53,028 nt of DNA, taken from sequence record SRR22947727_1919, one strand, 5' to 3'. How positions within the stretch are numbered: position 1 is the stretch's first letter; every line of letters starts with the position of its first letter. Both the position numbers and the translations under genes were made by a program. A model generated the notes under the pieces. It saw only the letters and a program-made list of their open reading frames with translations, was not told where the DNA came from and did not search any database. This document shows, one piece after another, positions 51,137 to 53,028 of this stretch.

Positions 51137-52141
51137 ATGGACACGTCGCTGCTCGTGTGGTCGATCACGATCGGCGCCATCGTTCTCCTGATCTTGATCG
51201 ACTTCTTCACGGTCACCCGCAAGCCTCATGAAGTGATGTTCCGCGAGGGCATGCTGTGGAGCATCTTCTATATCGGGGTCGCGATCGCTTTTGGGATCAT
51301 TGTGTGGAATTGGGCCGGAGCGGACTTCGGCACGCAATACTTCACTGCCTACCTGGTCGAAAAGTCCTTGAGCGTGGACAACTTGTTCGTCTTCATCATC
51401 ATCCTCACCCAGTTCCGAACACCGGCCAACTTGCATCAACGTGTGCTCCTCGTGGGAGTGGTCCTTGCGCTCGTGATGCGCGCCATCTTCATTGCCATCG
51501 GCGCGGCGGCGATCTCCCTATTCGCCTTCACATTCGTGCTTTTCGGCGCGTTGCTCCTGTGGACAGGGTTTCAGCTCATGCGTCACCGCAATGAGGATCC
51601 GGACCCGATGGACAACATCATCATTCGCAACGTTCGTAAGCGTTACCGGTTCGCCGATGACTACGACGGGACCAAGCTCTTCACCATCATCGATGGCATC
51701 AAGGTCGCCACTCCGTTGTTGCTCGTGATGGTCGCGATCGGCGGCACCGACCTCCTTTTCGCACTCGACTCAATCCCAGCGACCTTCGGAGTGACGCAGG
51801 AGCCGTATCTGGTGTTCGCAGCCAATGCCTTTGCCCTGCTCGGGTTACGTGCCTTGTACTTCGTGCTCAAGGGTCTGCTCGAAAAACTCGTCTATCTGTC
51901 GACCGGCCTAGCGGTCATTTTGATGTTCATCGGTGTGAAACTCGTCCTCACCTACTTCCACGAGGTATTCCCGGAAACAGTGCCAAAAATCGAGACGTCG
52001 TGGTCATTGGCTTTCATCGGGGTGGTGCTTGTTGTCGTGACGATCGCTTCCTGGATCAAGACGCGTCGGGATCCGGACGCTATTGCCCATGCGGGTCGCC
52101 TGACGGCTACTCCGGAAGAGAAGGCCGGTGAGCAGGCGTAG
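51137..52141 (+). CDS. TerC/Alx family metal homeostasis membrane protein
   Basis: YLVEKSLSVDNLFVF, TDLLFALDSIPA, ANAFALLGLRALYF. Confidence 0.95.
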   Translation: MDTSLLVWSITIGAIVLLILIDFFTVTRKPHEVMFREGMLWSIFYIGVAIAFGIIVWNWAGADFGTQYFTAYLVEKSLSVDNLFVFIIILTQFRTPANLHQRVLLVGVVLALVMRAIFIAIGAAAISLFAFTFVLFGALLLWTGFQLMRHRNEDPDPMDNIIIRNVRKRYRFADDYDGTKLFTIIDGIKVATPLLLVMVAIGGTDLLFALDSIPATFGVTQEPYLVFAANAFALLGLRALYFVLKGLLEKLVYLSTGLAVILMFIGVKLVLTYFHEVFPETVPKIETSWSLAFIGVVLVVVTIASWIKTRRDPDAIAHAGRLTATPEEKAGEQA

Positions 52142-52976
52142 CGGGACTTGCAGGGGGAGCGGAATCCGTCGGGGACGGCTGCGTTGTGCCGCTGACACCC
52201 GCGTCGAGTAGGGCTTGCCGTAGTGCGGCAATTTCGGTGCGCAGTGCTTCGAGATCTTTTTTGACCTCCGACTGTCCCTCCTGGGCCCGTCCGCCGATGC
52301 GGGTGACCACCGCCGAGGCAACGGACGCTCCCACCAGGCCTAGAAGCGAGATGCCCACGACCATGAGCCCGACGGCGACAATTCGGCCGTTCGCGGTGAC
52401 CGGCACGTAATCGCCGTAACCCACGGTGGCCATGGTTACAAGTGACCACCACACAGCATCGCCAAAGGATTTGATATCTGCGCCCTGGGCCCCGCGTTCA
52501 GCGTTGAGCACAGCGAGCGAGCTGAGATACGTCAAGAATGCCACCGCGAAGACCACAGCCGTCGCGGTCCGCCCGAAGCGCAACCGGCTGCCCCGGCTGA
52601 TGAGCCACTGACCGGCGGTGAGCACCCGCAGGACGCGCAGCACTCGGAAGGCAGGAACCGCAACCGCGATGACATCGAGCGGATGGTGAACCAGGTACGC
52701 GATGTGCTTGGGGGCCAGGACGGTGCGAAGGGTGAGATCGGCAATGAAGACCACCCAAATGACGTTCATTGCGGTGTCGAGTCGGTCTAGCCCCTGAGAG
52801 GTGAGGCCCTCGTCGAGAACATAGAACGAATACAGGACGAGATAGCCAACGGCTAAGAGCACCATGGCGAGGGCGGTGCGGTGCTCGTACGCGTCCAGCC
52901 GGCCCTGCGCTCGAACTTGTCGAGGGTTTCCTGGATCTGGCTTGTTATCGGTGATGTGCGCCCAGACCCGATCCAT
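52107..52976 (-). CDS. Voltage-gated-type potassium channel (ion transport family)
   Basis: S4-like FRVLRVLRVL, pore helix DAVWWSLVTMATVGYGD, C-terminal coiled coil. Start ATG 52976 or TTG 52991. Confidence 0.9.
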   Translation of the reverse strand: MDRVWAHITDNKPDPGNPRQVRAQGRLDAYEHRTALAMVLLAVGYLVLYSFYVLDEGLTSQGLDRLDTAMNVIWVVFIADLTLRTVLAPKHIAYLVHHPLDVIAVAVPAFRVLRVLRVLTAGQWLISRGSRLRFGRTATAVVFAVAFLTYLSSLAVLNAERGAQGADIKSFGDAVWWSLVTMATVGYGDYVPVTANGRIVAVGLMVVGISLLGLVGASVASAVVTRIGGRAQEGQSEVKKDLEALRTEIAALRQALLDAGVSGTTQPSPTDSAPPASPATPAHRPSLPE

Positions 52977-53028
52977 GCGCGAGGCGTCCAACGGTGCAGT
53001 AGTTGAGGCCGCCGCCGATTCTTTGGGT

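Overview
High-GC actinobacterial core chromosome segment, compact and almost fully coding, with many ATGA/GTGA/TAATG gene overlaps. Order: 3' end of a tRNA (probably Val), thrS, HIT, pgsA-patA-pimA PIM cluster, LemA-like gene, pdxST, yebC, an inserted WS/DGAT, ruvCAB, yajC-secDF, rel, DUF349 and cyclophilin (minus), MBL hydrolase, hisS, aspS, rarA, small protein, alaS, ruvX, mltG, aroE, A24 peptidase, aroCKBQ, pepQ, efp, nusB, tRNA-Leu(CAA) (minus), ANTAR response regulator, Liv-type binding lipoprotein, livFGMH (minus), PaaI thioesterase, polA, rpsA, coaE, uvrB, TerC and a voltage-gated-type K+ channel (minus). I found no mobile element, prophage, CRISPR array or defence system, and I cannot support a wholly new system. 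The best candidate for uncharacterised biology is the module at 36.7-43.6 kb. It has an orphan ANTAR regulator followed by an ANTAR-like hexaloop hairpin, two GlnR/MtrA-type boxes before the binding-protein gene, a LivH with a fused extracellular domain, and an SD-occluding double hairpin in the livH leader. Other oddities: WS/DGAT inside the yebC-ruv operon, a synteny break at the tRNA-Leu 3' end, recurrent 12-14 bp tandem duplications, several leaderless genes, and a PGKGG EF-P. All calls come from motif and synteny recognition by eye; no database search was run.
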